Assembly: GCA_034780895.1 (NCBI GenBank) | Contig: JAUZTB010000064.1 | Span: 114,965,116 to 115,029,115, forward strand | DNA: 64,000 nucleotides | Reading direction: 5' to 3' | DNA from: Rhynchobatus australiae | Taxonomy: Eukaryota | Part shown: one piece after another, positions 25,901 through 38,639 of the stretch | Layout: each line of letters starts with the position of its first letter | Numbering within the stretch: position 1 is the first letter of the stretch | Translations under genes and position numbers: made by a program | The notes under the pieces: model-generated | What the model was told of the DNA's origin: nothing | The model's database searches: none | Seen by the model: only the letters and a program-made list of their open reading frames with translations

Positions 25901-28779
25901 GGGAGTATAGCATTAAGAGTTGGCAGGACTGTAACACTTTCTTTCTGTGTTATTAACATTTACATAGGTGTATAAGATATTTTTGAAAATCTATTAAACC
26001 AGATGTACTGAAATGTGATTACTTTCCTGGCAAAGAACTGTCTCGGGTAAAAGGAAGCCACTAACCTTGTTTGAAGACAGACACGGAAATTGTTACATGA
26101 ATCTTTTCACAGCAGAAACATTTTCTAAACATCCTTTCTGTGTACCATTAAAATAATGGATTACAGAGGAGGTGATTAAGTCCCCGGACAAGCTTAGATG
26201 CCAGGAATATTGCACCAAGTTTAGTTCTAACACTTATTGTTCATGGTGTTTTGACGCTATTGGCAACTGCTGTAGCACAATTCAGAGCTCTGTTTATTGA
26301 ACGAGAAAGCAACTACTGTCATTCCCCCATGTAATTTTCAAAAGGATTGGTACTCCCATGTAAGCTTGAGAAAATGCCAAAGTCCTGAACATCACTTTGA
26401 CTGCTTTGCTTTGTTGGATTGGAGACCAGTGTCCAGTAGGCCGACTGGGAAATGGGCCTGTTGTACCTGTTGCAAGTCAGGGATAGATGTAAGGGGTGCT
26501 GGCCAGTGAATTGGTGGTTGGGAGTAGGGGACAGGCAGACATTGGATATATAATGGGCATGGCGATAGTAGATCAATGGGGCAGTGGGTGGTGTTGATGA
26601 AAGGAGGTTGGTGATCATGAACAGGGCAGTTTTCAGGATCCCCAGAGAGAGCCATCACTGGCTTTATTCCATTTAAACAGAACCTATCTGAGCTGGTGTC
26701 CCAGAACTGGACCCCAAGAATTGCAACCTAATCAAGCAGTAATAGTGAAGCAGGTCTCACAAGTGCTGTGAAGACCTACAGCATGAGTGTCCTACACTGT
26801 CTACAGGCTACTCATGGACAATTAGATTTAGTGGAAGTGGCAACCAAGCATATAGTGCATCCCACTGGGTCAGTGCACATGTCAGAGCACTTTCATGTAA
26901 TGTCAATTGCACAGAAGATGCAGAAGAAAAATCCTCTAAGAAAGGCAGTAGTGAATTCAACAGTAAATGAAAATCAAAAAATGGCAGATGTTGGAAATCT
27001 GAAACAAAAACAAAAAATGCTGGAAATTCACAGAATTTGTACAATTTGAAGTATTTCACCAAGATTCAAATATTAGTGATTTTTCATTGATAACAAATCT
27101 CTTAGTGAACAAATATATGTCTCTATTTGATCCATTTTCTTGGTAAATGTCAGGCTTATACCAACTTTTTTTCTGTTGTTAATCTTTACTTCTCTTTGTC
27201 TTCTAATAAAGGCATTGATTTGAGTTGTGATTAGCCAGGTCCTAGGCAACCTCCCACAACTCACATGTGCAAGGAGTGTGACAACAACTTCATAGTAATC
27301 TGCTGACTCTCATGCATATCTTCTGCTCTGCAACTCAAATATTTTAGTGTCTTTAGTAATTCATAGCTGTATTCACATTACTCGAAACACATCAGTTACA
27401 GAGCATCCATATTATTCACATAATTTACTGAGTAAACTTCCCAGAATTTAACGTCATATTTGTCAGCTTCTTAGCATAAGTCCTTCAAATTAGACCTTTT
27501 GTGCCCAAGTTCTGTTGGAATTATGCTGGATCCGATGATTGGTTCATTAATCATCCAGTGTGCCTGCCTTTAATAGGCATATCATTCTTTCAATAAAACC
27601 AAAAATGCTCAGTAGGTAATGCAGTCTCTGTTAAGAGAAAAACAGAGTAACATTTTAAGTTGATGATTTCCGTCAGAACATAGGTTCTGTTCGTTAAATA
27701 TTGTTTGGAGCTTCCACCATATCTTATTGGATCAGGCAGTGTGCGAGCTAGCTGTTGATCCCTGAAGTAAGGAGGGCATTCAGAATGTAGCCAAGCAATG
27801 TTTTAGTCTTTATTTTTATGAGCCCAGACATACAGATTAAACAGTAGCTTCCTGCTTTATTTTCCAAGGACCTCCACCCATCCACAACCTTTTCCCAAGA
27901 ATTTTCTCCACCCAAAGACTGGCAAGATGAAGATAAGCTGTAGTAGGGGGTTGATTTGCCATCCTTAAATTGCCAACGACATCTAACCAGACCCCAATGC
28001 CATATTTTGCTCAGGCCTGAAGTTGAGTCATTGTGAAAGTTTACATATTGGAAGAAAATGTTAATATCTCTATTAATTAGTGTTTCACATCACACCCTAT
28101 CAACTCAATGATTTGCCATTCTGCTTAAGGTTTAAGTCCTCACATTAGAAACTTAACAGTGACCTCTAAAAAGATGCTTATCAAATTATGTAGATCGGAA
28201 AAAAACTGCAGTTATTAAAAATTTGGAATATAACAAAGTTCTGGAGCAGACAGCATCTTATATAGTCTTTTTATCAGATACAGAACAACTTAGCATGCAA
28301 TTCCAGCAGTTTCTGTTTTTATTACTAATGTTATTAATTATATGCAGGATGAGCTGGATGGATGTTGAATTATATCCACAAAACTGCCACAGAGGTTTTT
28401 GGAATAGTATAAGAGCTTTTAGTTGTGGTTGAGGAAAGGAGTAGAAGTCAGCTCTCAGGCAGATTATTAAAAGATTGAAGATGAGTGCTGGGATTCTCTT
28501 CTGTCATCTTACTGAAAGCAAAATGGAGAAGAATGGTAAATGTGAACACAGTGATCCTCTTTTGTGTGGGACCCTTCTGCCACTTTAAGTGCCCAGTGAA
28601 TTCTTGTGGTACTGCAACAGCAGTTCTCTGTGAGCAGCAGGAGACTTGAAAGTGTCACTGGGAACTCATTGTGCATTAAGGACTATCTGCGTATTTGTTT
28701 GTTGCCTGAACACTGTCACTGGAAAGGTAACTTCTGCAGGACTACTGTTTAGTTTGAAACTGCACACCTAAGTGTAACT

Positions 28780-29225
28780 GGTGTAACTCAGTGACAGCAC
28801 TCTTGCCTCCAAGTTGGTCAGTTATGGGTTTAAGTCCTACTTCAGGTACAAAATCTAGGTTGACACCCTAGTGCAGTACTGAGGAAGTGTTCCACTATCA
28901 GAAGATTGGTGGATGGAGGCAAGATGTTAAACTGAGGTTCTACCTGCCTTCTCAGCTGGATGAAAAGGGTACCAAGGTACTACTTTGAAGAAGAGCAGGT
29001 GATTTATTCTGATTACCTTGTTCAATATTTATCCCTGAACCAGCATCACTAAAATTGGCTGGTCATTATCACATTCCTATTTACGGGAGCTTGCAATGCC
29101 TAAATTGGTTGCCATGTTTCCTTACCACATCATCTACCTTACCACAATGACTAAATTTGCTATGAAATGCTTTGAAGCACCCAGAGCTTTTGAACAGTGC
29201 TATATTAATGCAAATCTTTCTTTCT
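28780..29225 (+). mobile_element. DeuSINE (SacSINE1/AmnSINE1 superfamily), near full length
   Basis: tRNA-like head with B-box-like gggtttaagtcc (28826-28837). Deu-domain core gatgttaaactgagg..tttgaagaagagcagg (~28923-28999). Ends gctatattaatgcaaatctttctttct. Confidence 0.72.
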
Positions 29226-30709
29226 GTCTTAATGAGTAGAAAATAATGGCGAATAATATGGAACTACTAATTGTGCATTCTTAGCAATTTGCAGGAGGAT
29301 TCAAATATTAGGAAAAATGTTTCTTTGATGAAAAATTGAAGCAGTATTTGGATGGACTTAAACTTATTTACATCTAAGCCTAAGTAGCCATTGGGTTAAT
29401 TCATGATTAAAGGCAGAACCATAATAAGAGAAGAAATAACTTTTAGCTAAATGTTATGGCAGGGATTTTAAAACATATAAGGAATTGACATTCTGCTTTC
29501 CAGTATTAATCTGGCGGAGACTCAGTGAGAAACTTCTTTCCAAATTCCTAGTATTGACTTCAGTAAAATATTTTGTTTAACATTCGTTGTATTTATAATT
29601 TAGAGTTACCTGAAATGCACACCTTGCTTCCTAAATCAAAGCGTGTGTAATTGATTGCCTATGTTTAACTTTGATGCTAGAGTGTCTAATGTTAGCCATA
29701 CTGTTTTCACATGCTTACATAGTTATTTGCTTTAAATCAGTACTCAAACCAGTCTGCTTTCTTAGGAAATGATGTGNNNNNNNNNNNNNNNNNNNNAAAG
29801 GCACTCTTGGCTCTGAGTCATAGCTTTGGAATCAGTGCTTTATGTTATTTAACATCTGGAGACATACATTATTAACCTCTTTGTGGAATGGTGGATAGTG
29901 GCTGGAGTGAGTGTAGATTAGACTAATCCTTCAATGAAATGTGTACAAAATAGCTTATCTGCTGAAAATGTGAATGTAGTCAGTGACTGTTATCCTTTGT
30001 ATTTAGCCAAACTAAATACACATCTGTGCTCAGCACTTAGCAGTGGTAGATGATTATTGGAATTGTTTTGAGTTCTGAAGAACAGAGTAGATCCAACATT
30101 CCTGGAGTAGTCCCCTGAATGAATCAGTGAAGAAATGCAGTCCAGAGCTTTAAGATGCAGAGAGATTCCCCCATTGTTTTCTGAGTCTCCATTGAATTAG
30201 CAGAGCCAGAATAATGAATAGTTTGGCAACAACTAACCAAGGTTAGGAATCTTATTCCTGATCCAATCTCCCCTGCTGGAAGATTATTAGTTATGAATGC
30301 TGGGCAAGCAGCAGTTGAATGGCCTTGCTCATACACACTATCTAAACTTTTGGATGAAGGACAGGTTGAGATACAAAAGGTACCGGCATCTGTTAAACAT
30401 TGTTTTAGTTTTGTTTGGGTATTCAAAAGAAGAGATAAGAAAGGAACTGATAAAAACATGATAATTTTTCATAGCAAGTAAAAAGCAACTACCACATGTC
30501 AAATAATTGCATCTAAATATCAACTGTAGGAGTTATATTTTCTTTTGACAGCAACTAAGAGTGATATTTAAACCAATAGAAAATGCTTTTGTAAACAATG
30601 TACACAACAGTACTCTTTTTTTTTGTTATGGTGTCTTTACTTAAATTGCTCAATGATATTTAATCCAGGTGTACTGACTGAATTTCTTTTATTTTCTTTC
30701 CACTATCAG

Positions 30710-30960
30710 CTACAGCCTGGTTGGAGGTAACTCCAAGTTTTCCATTAATCCATCCACTGGACAAATTATCACAAGTGCTCTTCTGAACAGAGAGACCAAA
30801 GAAACATACAATCTTATTGTGGTGGCTACTGATGGAGGCATACCTCAGGCCAAATCCAGTTCAGCCACTGTTTCTCTAACAGTTTCTGACATCAATGACA
30901 ATCCTCCCAGGTTTCATCATTTCCCTTATGTTACCCACATTCCAGCACCCACAAATGAAG
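30710..30960 (+). CDS. FAT4: FAT4 internal exon (251 nt), cadherin repeat
   Basis: Pyrimidine tract plus atcag ends at 30709; donor gtaagc at 30961. Translates (S)YSLVGGNSKFSINPSTGQIITSALLNRETKETYNLIVVATDGGIPQAKSSSATVSLTVSDINDNPPRFHHFPYVTHIPAPTNE(G), with a DINDNPP linker. Confidence 0.96.
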
Positions 30961-31644
30961 GTAAGCGTCTTTATCATAACCACGGTCTGCATTATTTTGT
31001 AAGTTAATGTCTAAAATCTGGAGTTTTACTTGCGCATTCTTCCAGTGTTGCGAATGATTCACTGCCTAAATGTAACATATAGGGCTACTGTTTCGACAAC
31101 AAACATGGCTCAAATGTAATTGGTGCTACCCTTATTACAACATGTCAAATAACTTTTTGTAATTGCAAACCAGGAATCCACTTGATCTCAACAAGAGCAA
31201 TTGGAAGTTAAAAATAAAAGTCAGATCAATAAATAATAGTGTTACACAGTACAATCCATACTGATTGAACAAATTGCTGGTCACCAATGTGTTATCCTGT
31301 GAATTTATTTTCACATTATAACTGGAGGAATAACATTCAACAAAAAACCTAAAACTTACTCAATTTAAAAAGTCTTCTTAATTCTTGTGCCATGCCCACA
31401 TAACCATAATCATGGTTTTAATTAAATGACATGAGATTGAACTTTTCTCTCCCATCAAAAGTGAATGAAAATCAGAAACTAAAAGATAAAAATTCATCAT
31501 CAAGATCCCATTGCCTCCATTCCTGTGATAGATAGCCAAGCATGGTTAAAAATGTAAAACGTTAAATTGTAAGAATCTTTTCTCAAAATTGCTGAGGTTA
31601 ACTATTTAACTTCTTCAAAATATATCATTAAACTATGAAGCAAA

Positions 31645-31730
31645 AGCTGTGAATGCTGAAACAAAAACACAAAACAGTGGAAACATGCAGCAGGCCAGGA
31701 AGCATCTGTGAAGAAGCAAGAGGAAAGTCA
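31645..31730 (-). mobile_element. PLE pseudo-LTR terminal fragment
   Basis: aacacaaaacagtggaaacatgcagcaggccaggaagcatctgtg resembles 1583-1630. Similar stubs occur at ~26984-27028, ~27600-27680 and ~61935-61985. Confidence 0.5.
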
Positions 31731-31749
31731 GATTTACGTGGTACTCTTC

Positions 31750-31885
31750 AAGATCACAAGATGTCACAAAGTTCTTCACCACTAATATAGAACTTCAAAG
31801 TGTAGCTGTGATATAGTGTAGGAGTTGTGGCAAAAAAATTGCCGAGCATGGTCCCACAAATAGCAGCATGATCATGAACAGGAAA
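31750..31885 (-). mobile_element. DeuSINE 3' fragment
   Basis: The reverse complement aligns with the 3' half of 28780-29225 (the gtcattatcacatt..gggagcttg..aaattgg region). Confidence 0.5.
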
Positions 31886-33500
31886 CCATCAGTGCTTTTA
31901 TTCTGTGCCAGTCCACTGTGCCCTCCATATTTATGTCATGATGCCAAACCAAAGGGAAACAAGGACTATTCTCTAACCAGATGGCTCTCAACTCCAATGT
32001 TCAACTTCTGGTTTAATCCTGAAGAAGTGAAAGGGGGTGCTATAAGAGAGTGATAGAAGGAAGCCCTGGGAGTCAGTTAACATTTATAGATCACTTCAGT
32101 CTTATTTTCAACACTGATGCCATCCTCTCAGACAAACAGATCATTCCAAATAGACATTGTTGACTTTATTATATTCTCATATGACTATCATTCTGCAAAA
32201 CTAACAGCAATTCTCATAATTTCCTATTTGGGTCATTTCAGCTTTACCTTTTATAACTGTCTTTTTACAACAGTTTAAAACAACAGATTATAAAAAAAAG
32301 ACAAAGGGTGGTAGAGAAGGAATTCAGGCTGTATTTAATTTACAGGCTTGGATAGCATAAAAATATTACTTGACCATTATTCTTAAAATCAACAACATCA
32401 ACAGCTTCAAATTATGTCTTATTAATAATTCATAATTATCCATTGTGCTGCATAATATGCATTCCTTTTAACATTCAGAATCAGAAAAATAACTATTGTG
32501 GTCCATTGGGTAGTCTAGGAAGCAATGGCCATCAGCATTCCCATAAAGTATTTTTCTAAGCATGTTTTATAATATGGGTTGGCAGATTTCATCTGGCTCT
32601 GGAACGTAGATTGGCTGCATAGGAACAGATGCTTGATTTTCACTTCAGATACCTAGTTTTGTATATTTAAATCCTATACACTGGCAAGCCTTAAAGTTAT
32701 ACACACTAAAACAATGCTCTTTTGTAAAGGCTTCATTGTGTTGGATCTCTGTTTTATGACTCTGCACATGAATAAAATTGTCTAGTGCTCAACAGCAGGA
32801 GCAATGGAGCAAAATATTTAAAATAATCACCAAAACTCTCTTCTTAAAGATCAAGTTACATGATTTATGACAGTCTGGATGTACTCATTTGTGAGTTTAA
32901 CATGCCTCATTCAACAATTGATTTCAAGCGCCATTCTATTAATTGGAAGCATGTTGGCTTTTTACAGCAAAGAGACATGGTTCTGATCATATTGTTGCTG
33001 ATCTCACTGTTTATTGTGGTGTTCAAGGATAAATAATCAGGATGAATTTATTCTTTGCATTCTGATGTAAACCTGTATTTCTTTTACAACTGCTNNNNNN
33101 NNNNCCCTGAAGATCTTACATATTTATCAAAATGACTTCTGGGTTTCCAGAACTGTGAGCATCAATTGTATTTGTGATCCTGTTGGTAGTCTTTCTAAAA
33201 ACCCAGGTCGTGCAAGAATTATTTGACTTTTTTCCAAATCCTTCTTTTGAGCTGGAACATTTCTTTGTAGTGTGCTACAAAATTAATATTATTCAATTTC
33301 ATGAACTGAATAAAACCAAAAGCAAAGACATAAGATTGACAGTAATTGGGATGGTGTGCTGGCAGAAAGAGGTTGACTATAGAGATGCATTATTGATTAT
33401 CTAACACTACCCTTATTTTTGACCAAATTTTATGACAGGTCAATTTGAATTGTGTGCACATAAATATGAGCTAATATATTCCCCTTCTTCCATTCTGCAG

Positions 33501-36500
33501 GATCATTTGTGTTTGCTGTTACTGTTTCTGATGCCGATAAAGGCCCGAATGCAGAACTCCAGTATTCCTTAACAGGAAGAAATGTGGAAAAATTCCAAAT
33601 TGATCCACACCGTGGTGCTATTATGGCTGCTCAAAGGTTAATGGGAGGCACTGACATTACTGTTACTGTTAACGTTAAAGACAGTGGAATACATCCCATG
33701 TCAGATTCTACCACTGTGACAGTCAGATTTGGAAATGAGGCTGATTTTCCACAATTCAAAGCAGGGCAACAGATTTTTGTATTTCCCGAAGACCAGAAGG
33801 TAAACACCTATATTACAACAGTATCAGCATCTTCCACAAGGCAAGATGTAAGAGGGCCATTATCCTACTATATAGCCAGCGGTAATCTCGGCGCTGTCTT
33901 CCATATTGATCAGCTGACAGGAAATCTTGTTCTTATGAAGTCTTTAGACTTTGAAGCCGTTCAAAACTATGTGCTATGGATCGAAGCCAGAGATATGGGG
34001 TTTCCTCCCTTTTCTTCCTATAAAAAATTGGATATAACTGTAAAAGATGTCAATGACAATGCACCAGTTTTTAAGCAGGATCCCTTCACAGCTAATGTAA
34101 TGGAGAATTCCTTCTCATACCAAGTAATCACCATTGAAGCTGAAGACATGGACAGTGGGCCCAATGGTCAAATAGAATATACCATTGTNNNNNNNNNNNN
34201 NNNNNNNNNNNNNNNNNNNNNNNNNNNNNNNGGGCAGATCAGAAACACAGAACAATTGGACAGAGAAAGGATTGCGCAGTATACATTAACAGTACAAGCA
34301 ACTGACAAAGGAGCATCTTCAAGGAGCTCTTTGTGTCATGTCATTATTAATGTCTTGGATGAAAATGACAATGCTCCAAGATTCTCACAGATATTCAGTG
34401 CTCAGGTGGCTGAAAATGCAGCTATTGGTTACACAGTGACCCGTGTTACCACATCAGATGAAGACACTGGAATAAATGCTGTCAGCCGGTACTCAATAAC
34501 AGACGTGAATCTTCCCTTCTCCATAAATCCAAAGACTGGAGATATCACAGTCAGAAGGCCTTTGAATCGGGAAGATACAGATCACTACACTGTCAGAGTA
34601 TATGCCCATGATTCTGGGTGGACAGTGAATACTGATATTACTGTTTTTGTGACAGATGTAAATGATAATGCCCCACGATTCTCTTATCCATCATACTACC
34701 TTGATTTCCCAGAGCTCACAGAGATTGGCTCCAGAGTTACTCAGGTAGTAGCTACAGATCCTGACAGTGGCCTCAATGGTCAGGTATTCTATTTCATTAA
34801 GTCGCAGTCAGAATTCTTCCGAATAAATTCCAGCACAGGAGAAATCTGCACTAAACAATATGTAAAGTATCACAATTCTACCAGCTCCAACAACCTAAAT
34901 ATCAATAGGCACAGTTTCATTGTGATAGCCTCAGACCGGGGTAGGATTCCCTTGGTGAGTGAAACCACAGTCATTATCAACATTGTGGACAGTAATGATA
35001 ATGCTCCACAGTTCGAATCAGAAAAATACTTTACTCCTGTTACTAAAAACGTCAAGATTGGTACAAGGCTAATTAAAGTCACTGCAATAGATGACAAAGA
35101 TTATCACATGAATTCAGAAATAGAGTATTACATTTCTGGTGGAAATGGTTCAAATCGGTTTGCACTGGACAAGAATAATGGCTGGGTCTCTGTTGCATCA
35201 TCTCTGAGAGTCTATGTACATAAAGTGTTTATTATCATAATCACAGCAACGGATAAAGGTAATCCACCACTATCTGCTACAACTACAGTCCACATTTTAG
35301 TAACTGAGGAGAATAACCACACCCCTCAGTTCTCTCAGAGTCACATCAGTATCACTGTTCCTGAGAGTCTCACTGTGGGGACAGTCATCAGAACAGTTTC
35401 GGCTAGAGATAAAGATGCTGATATGAATGGGTTAATCAGGTACAACATTTCTAAAGGGAATGAGGCAAGATTGTTCTCTATTGTTAATTCAACTGGTGCA
35501 TTATCTCTAGCTGGACAATTGGATTATGAGACCCAGCAAGTCCATGAACTGACCATTAGTGCTGAAGATGGTGGTTGGGTGAAAAGAACTGGCTTCCTCA
35601 GTATTACTGTCCAAGTCACTGATTCAAATGATAATGTGCCACTGTTCAGTCCCAGTGAGTATTTTCCAGTTATATCAGAGAATGCTCCAAGTGGTACAAT
35701 AGTAGTTCAATTAAATGCCACAGATGCAGATTCTGGAGGTAATGCTCTGATTGCCTACACAATTGAGACAACTGACAGTGATCTTTTTGCCATTGATCCA
35801 AATACTGGAGTCATCAGGACCCAAGGATTTTTGGATTTTGAAGCTAAACAGAGTTACCACTTATATGTGAAAGCGTTTAATGTTCCAGATGAGGATCGCC
35901 TCAGCTTCGCCAATGTTTATTTGCAGCTTAGCGGTGTGAATGAGTATGTCCCACGCTTTGTCTCCAGGCAGTATACTTTTGAGATTTCTGAAGCTGCTGC
36001 AGAAGGTACTGCTGTCGGGGAAGTATTTGCAAGTGATCGTGACCTTGGAGATGATGGAGTGGTGAAATACATGCTCTTTGGTAAAAGCAGAAAGAAGGGA
36101 TTCATGATTGATGAAAAGACTGGGCAAATTTATGTATCGGGCCAACTGGATCGAGAAAAGGAAGAAAAAATATCTTTAAAAGTTCTGGCTAAGAATGCAG
36201 GAAGCATCCGTGGATTTGATATTGATGAAGTCTTTGTGAATATAACTGTGCTGGATGCTAATGATCCCCCCGTTTTCACAACTGAGGAATACTCTGTACA
36301 GATTAATGAGGAGGCTGCACCTGGAGCTCATGTTATTTTTGTAAGTGCCTTTGACTCTGACTCTGTTCCCAGTTGGAGCAGATTTACTTATCACATTGGA
36401 ACTGGAAATGAAAAAGGTGCCTTTTCCATTAACTCACAGACTGGCCAGATTTCAGTGGCAGCAGAGCTGGATCGTGAGTCCATTCCTGTATACAACCTCT

Positions 36501-37859
36501 CTGTGTTGGCTGTTGACTCAGGAGTGCCTTCAGCCACAGGTAGCACCTACTTGGTCATCAACCTGGAGGATATAAATGACAATGGGCCTACCTTAACATC
36601 TACAAGTGGAGAAGTTGTAGAAAACCAACGTGCAGGGGCTGTAGTCATGACACTTAATGCCACTGATCCAGACCTTCCACCAAACCAAGGTCCTTTCACC
36701 TACCATTTGCTCAGCACAAGCTCTGCTACAAACTACTTCACCCTTAGCTCTGAAGGAATCCTTACCACAACTAGAGAAATTGACAGAGAGCAGATCAGTG
36801 ATTTCTACTTGTCAGTAGTCACCCGTGATTCTGGTACTCCACAGATGTCTTCCACTGGAACCGTGCATGTCACAGTGCATGATCAGAACGACAATCCATC
36901 TCAGCCCAGAACCGTGGAGGTATATGTCCACTATTTTGGAAACCTATTTCCTGGAGGGATTTTGGCCAGTGTTAAACCCCAGGATCCGGATGTATTGGAT
37001 AATTTCCGCTGTACTCTGACTACAGGGGCTACAACTCTTTTCAGCATTCCAGCAGGCACATGCAATCTGAATTGCCAGCCAAGGTCAACAGATGGAACCT
37101 TCGATCTGATTGTCCGTAGCAGTGATGGTTTGCACGGTGCTGTAACCAACAATGTCCATGTTTTTTTCATGGGATTCAATAACCTGACCATAGACAACAG
37201 TGTTCTTCTTCGCCTGAATATTGCCACCGTGAAAGATTTTCTTACCAATCACTATCTGCACTTCCTGCGCATTGCTAACTCTCAGCTGACTGGGATGGGG
37301 ACCACAGTACAGATCTACGGCATTTATGAGCAGGATGACAAAACATATGTAATGGCAGCTGTGAAAAGATTTAGTAATCAATATATAAGCCCCAGTGGGG
37401 TAGCCACTTTTTTTGAGAGCATCAAAGAAATCTTATACAGGCAGAGTGGTGTACGAATAGACTCAGTGGACCATGACCCTTGCTCGAATGATCCATGTCA
37501 GAATGGTGGAAGCTGCCTGAAAAGGCTTGCTGTTAGTCCGACAGTGCAAAGTGAAGAAAGTATCCCAGTGGTTATTGTGGCTAACGTGGTTCTACAACCA
37601 TTCGTCTGTCGATGCTTGCCAGGATACTTTGGAGAGGTCTGCGAAACTGACATAGACGAATGCCTCCCATCTCCTTGCCACAATGGTGGAATCTGCCACA
37701 ATCTAGTTGGTAGATTTTCATGCACCTGCCCTGAAGGGTTTATGGGCACTGCTTGTGAGCGGGATGTCAATGAATGTCAATCAAATCCCTGCAAGAGTGG
37801 TGGAAGTTGCCATAATTTTCCAGGAGGTTTCAGCTGTGCTTGTAAAGCTGGATATACAG
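33501..37859 (+). CDS. FAT4: FAT4 giant exon (4359 nt): about 11-12 cadherin repeats, a membrane-proximal region and three EGF-like repeats
   Basis: Acceptor cattctgcag ends at 33500; donor gtatat at 37860. Covers ORF 33509..37912, which has repeated LDRE/LDYE, DxNDNxP and AxDxD motifs and then CQNGGSC, DIDECLPSPC and DVNECQSNPC EGF repeats. Confidence 0.98.
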
Positions 37860-38159
37860 GTATATATCATAGGAATATTATGTTTATACTTTATTCAGAT
37901 CTAAAATATTAGAAAGTAATGCTTTGGTCACCATTGTATGATGATAAATTGCTGACAAAGCACATGGCATCGGACGCTTATATGGTTAATTTATCTGTGG
38001 CAAGCCATCAAGGGAATGTTTCTCCCTTGGTAATTAAGGAAAATCAGGGAGAGCGCTGATATTAGCTACCCTTCGGGTGATCTCTGAGCAACAACCGCAG
38101 AGCAACAGTGCGGGTCTGTGGCAGGTGGGAAGCTTTGTGCCAGGTAGGATGTTTTCTTC

Positions 38160-38560
38160 AGACAACTAAAGGGATATGGGAATTGGTCCATGTTTTCCAG
38201 GGTCTTGCTGGGGATTGATGTTGTTCAGCAGGCGCAGGTTTGTAGAGTCACCTTGTTTTCTAGAAGTTAAATGCAAGGAACATTCTCTCATTTGCTTCAG
38301 TGCAGGAATATTCAGTGCTCTGAAGCAAATGAATATCTGTAAATGCCATCTGTGTATGCAGCTTGATGACTGAAGTTGGGGTGACTTTGGTTCTGGAGTG
38401 GAGGCAGCGTAGGCCCCCATTTGTCCTCTAGGTTAGCTCTACTCCAGCAGGAAGCTTATTGAAGGTGAGATTCAGCATTGCATCAAGAAAAATTGAGACA
38501 AGTTTTAGAATAATTCTGAGATTGGTTCTGTTGTGGACCCATTGCTTAAGAACATGGCTT
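38160..38560 (-). mobile_element. RTE LINE RT fragment
   Basis: Minus strand accctggaaaacatggaccaattcccata reads TLENMDQFP, matching the RTE LENVDHFPYLG block. It is preceded by a KTKVLYQPAP-like remnant. Confidence 0.5.
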
Positions 38561-38639
38561 GCATGTTATCATGTAGCAAGTATAATGTGGAGTTGAATTT
38601 CTGCAGTCACCCAGAGTTAACAAGGATATTCCTCAGTCC

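Noticed and set aside
26392-26660. Proline-rich minus-strand ORFs
   Set aside because: They have no domain motif or splice context. They are probably very old C-rich TE debris that I cannot assign to a family.
33509-37912. 1467-aa ORF as a standalone single-exon cadherin gene
   Set aside because: It starts at GTG just after a splice acceptor, has no signal peptide or transmembrane segment, and splices in frame to the flanking FAT4 exons.
37938-38059. C/D-box snoRNA-like ATGATGA ... CTGA
   Set aside because: There is no terminal stem or recognisable rRNA guide, and such boxes occur by chance.
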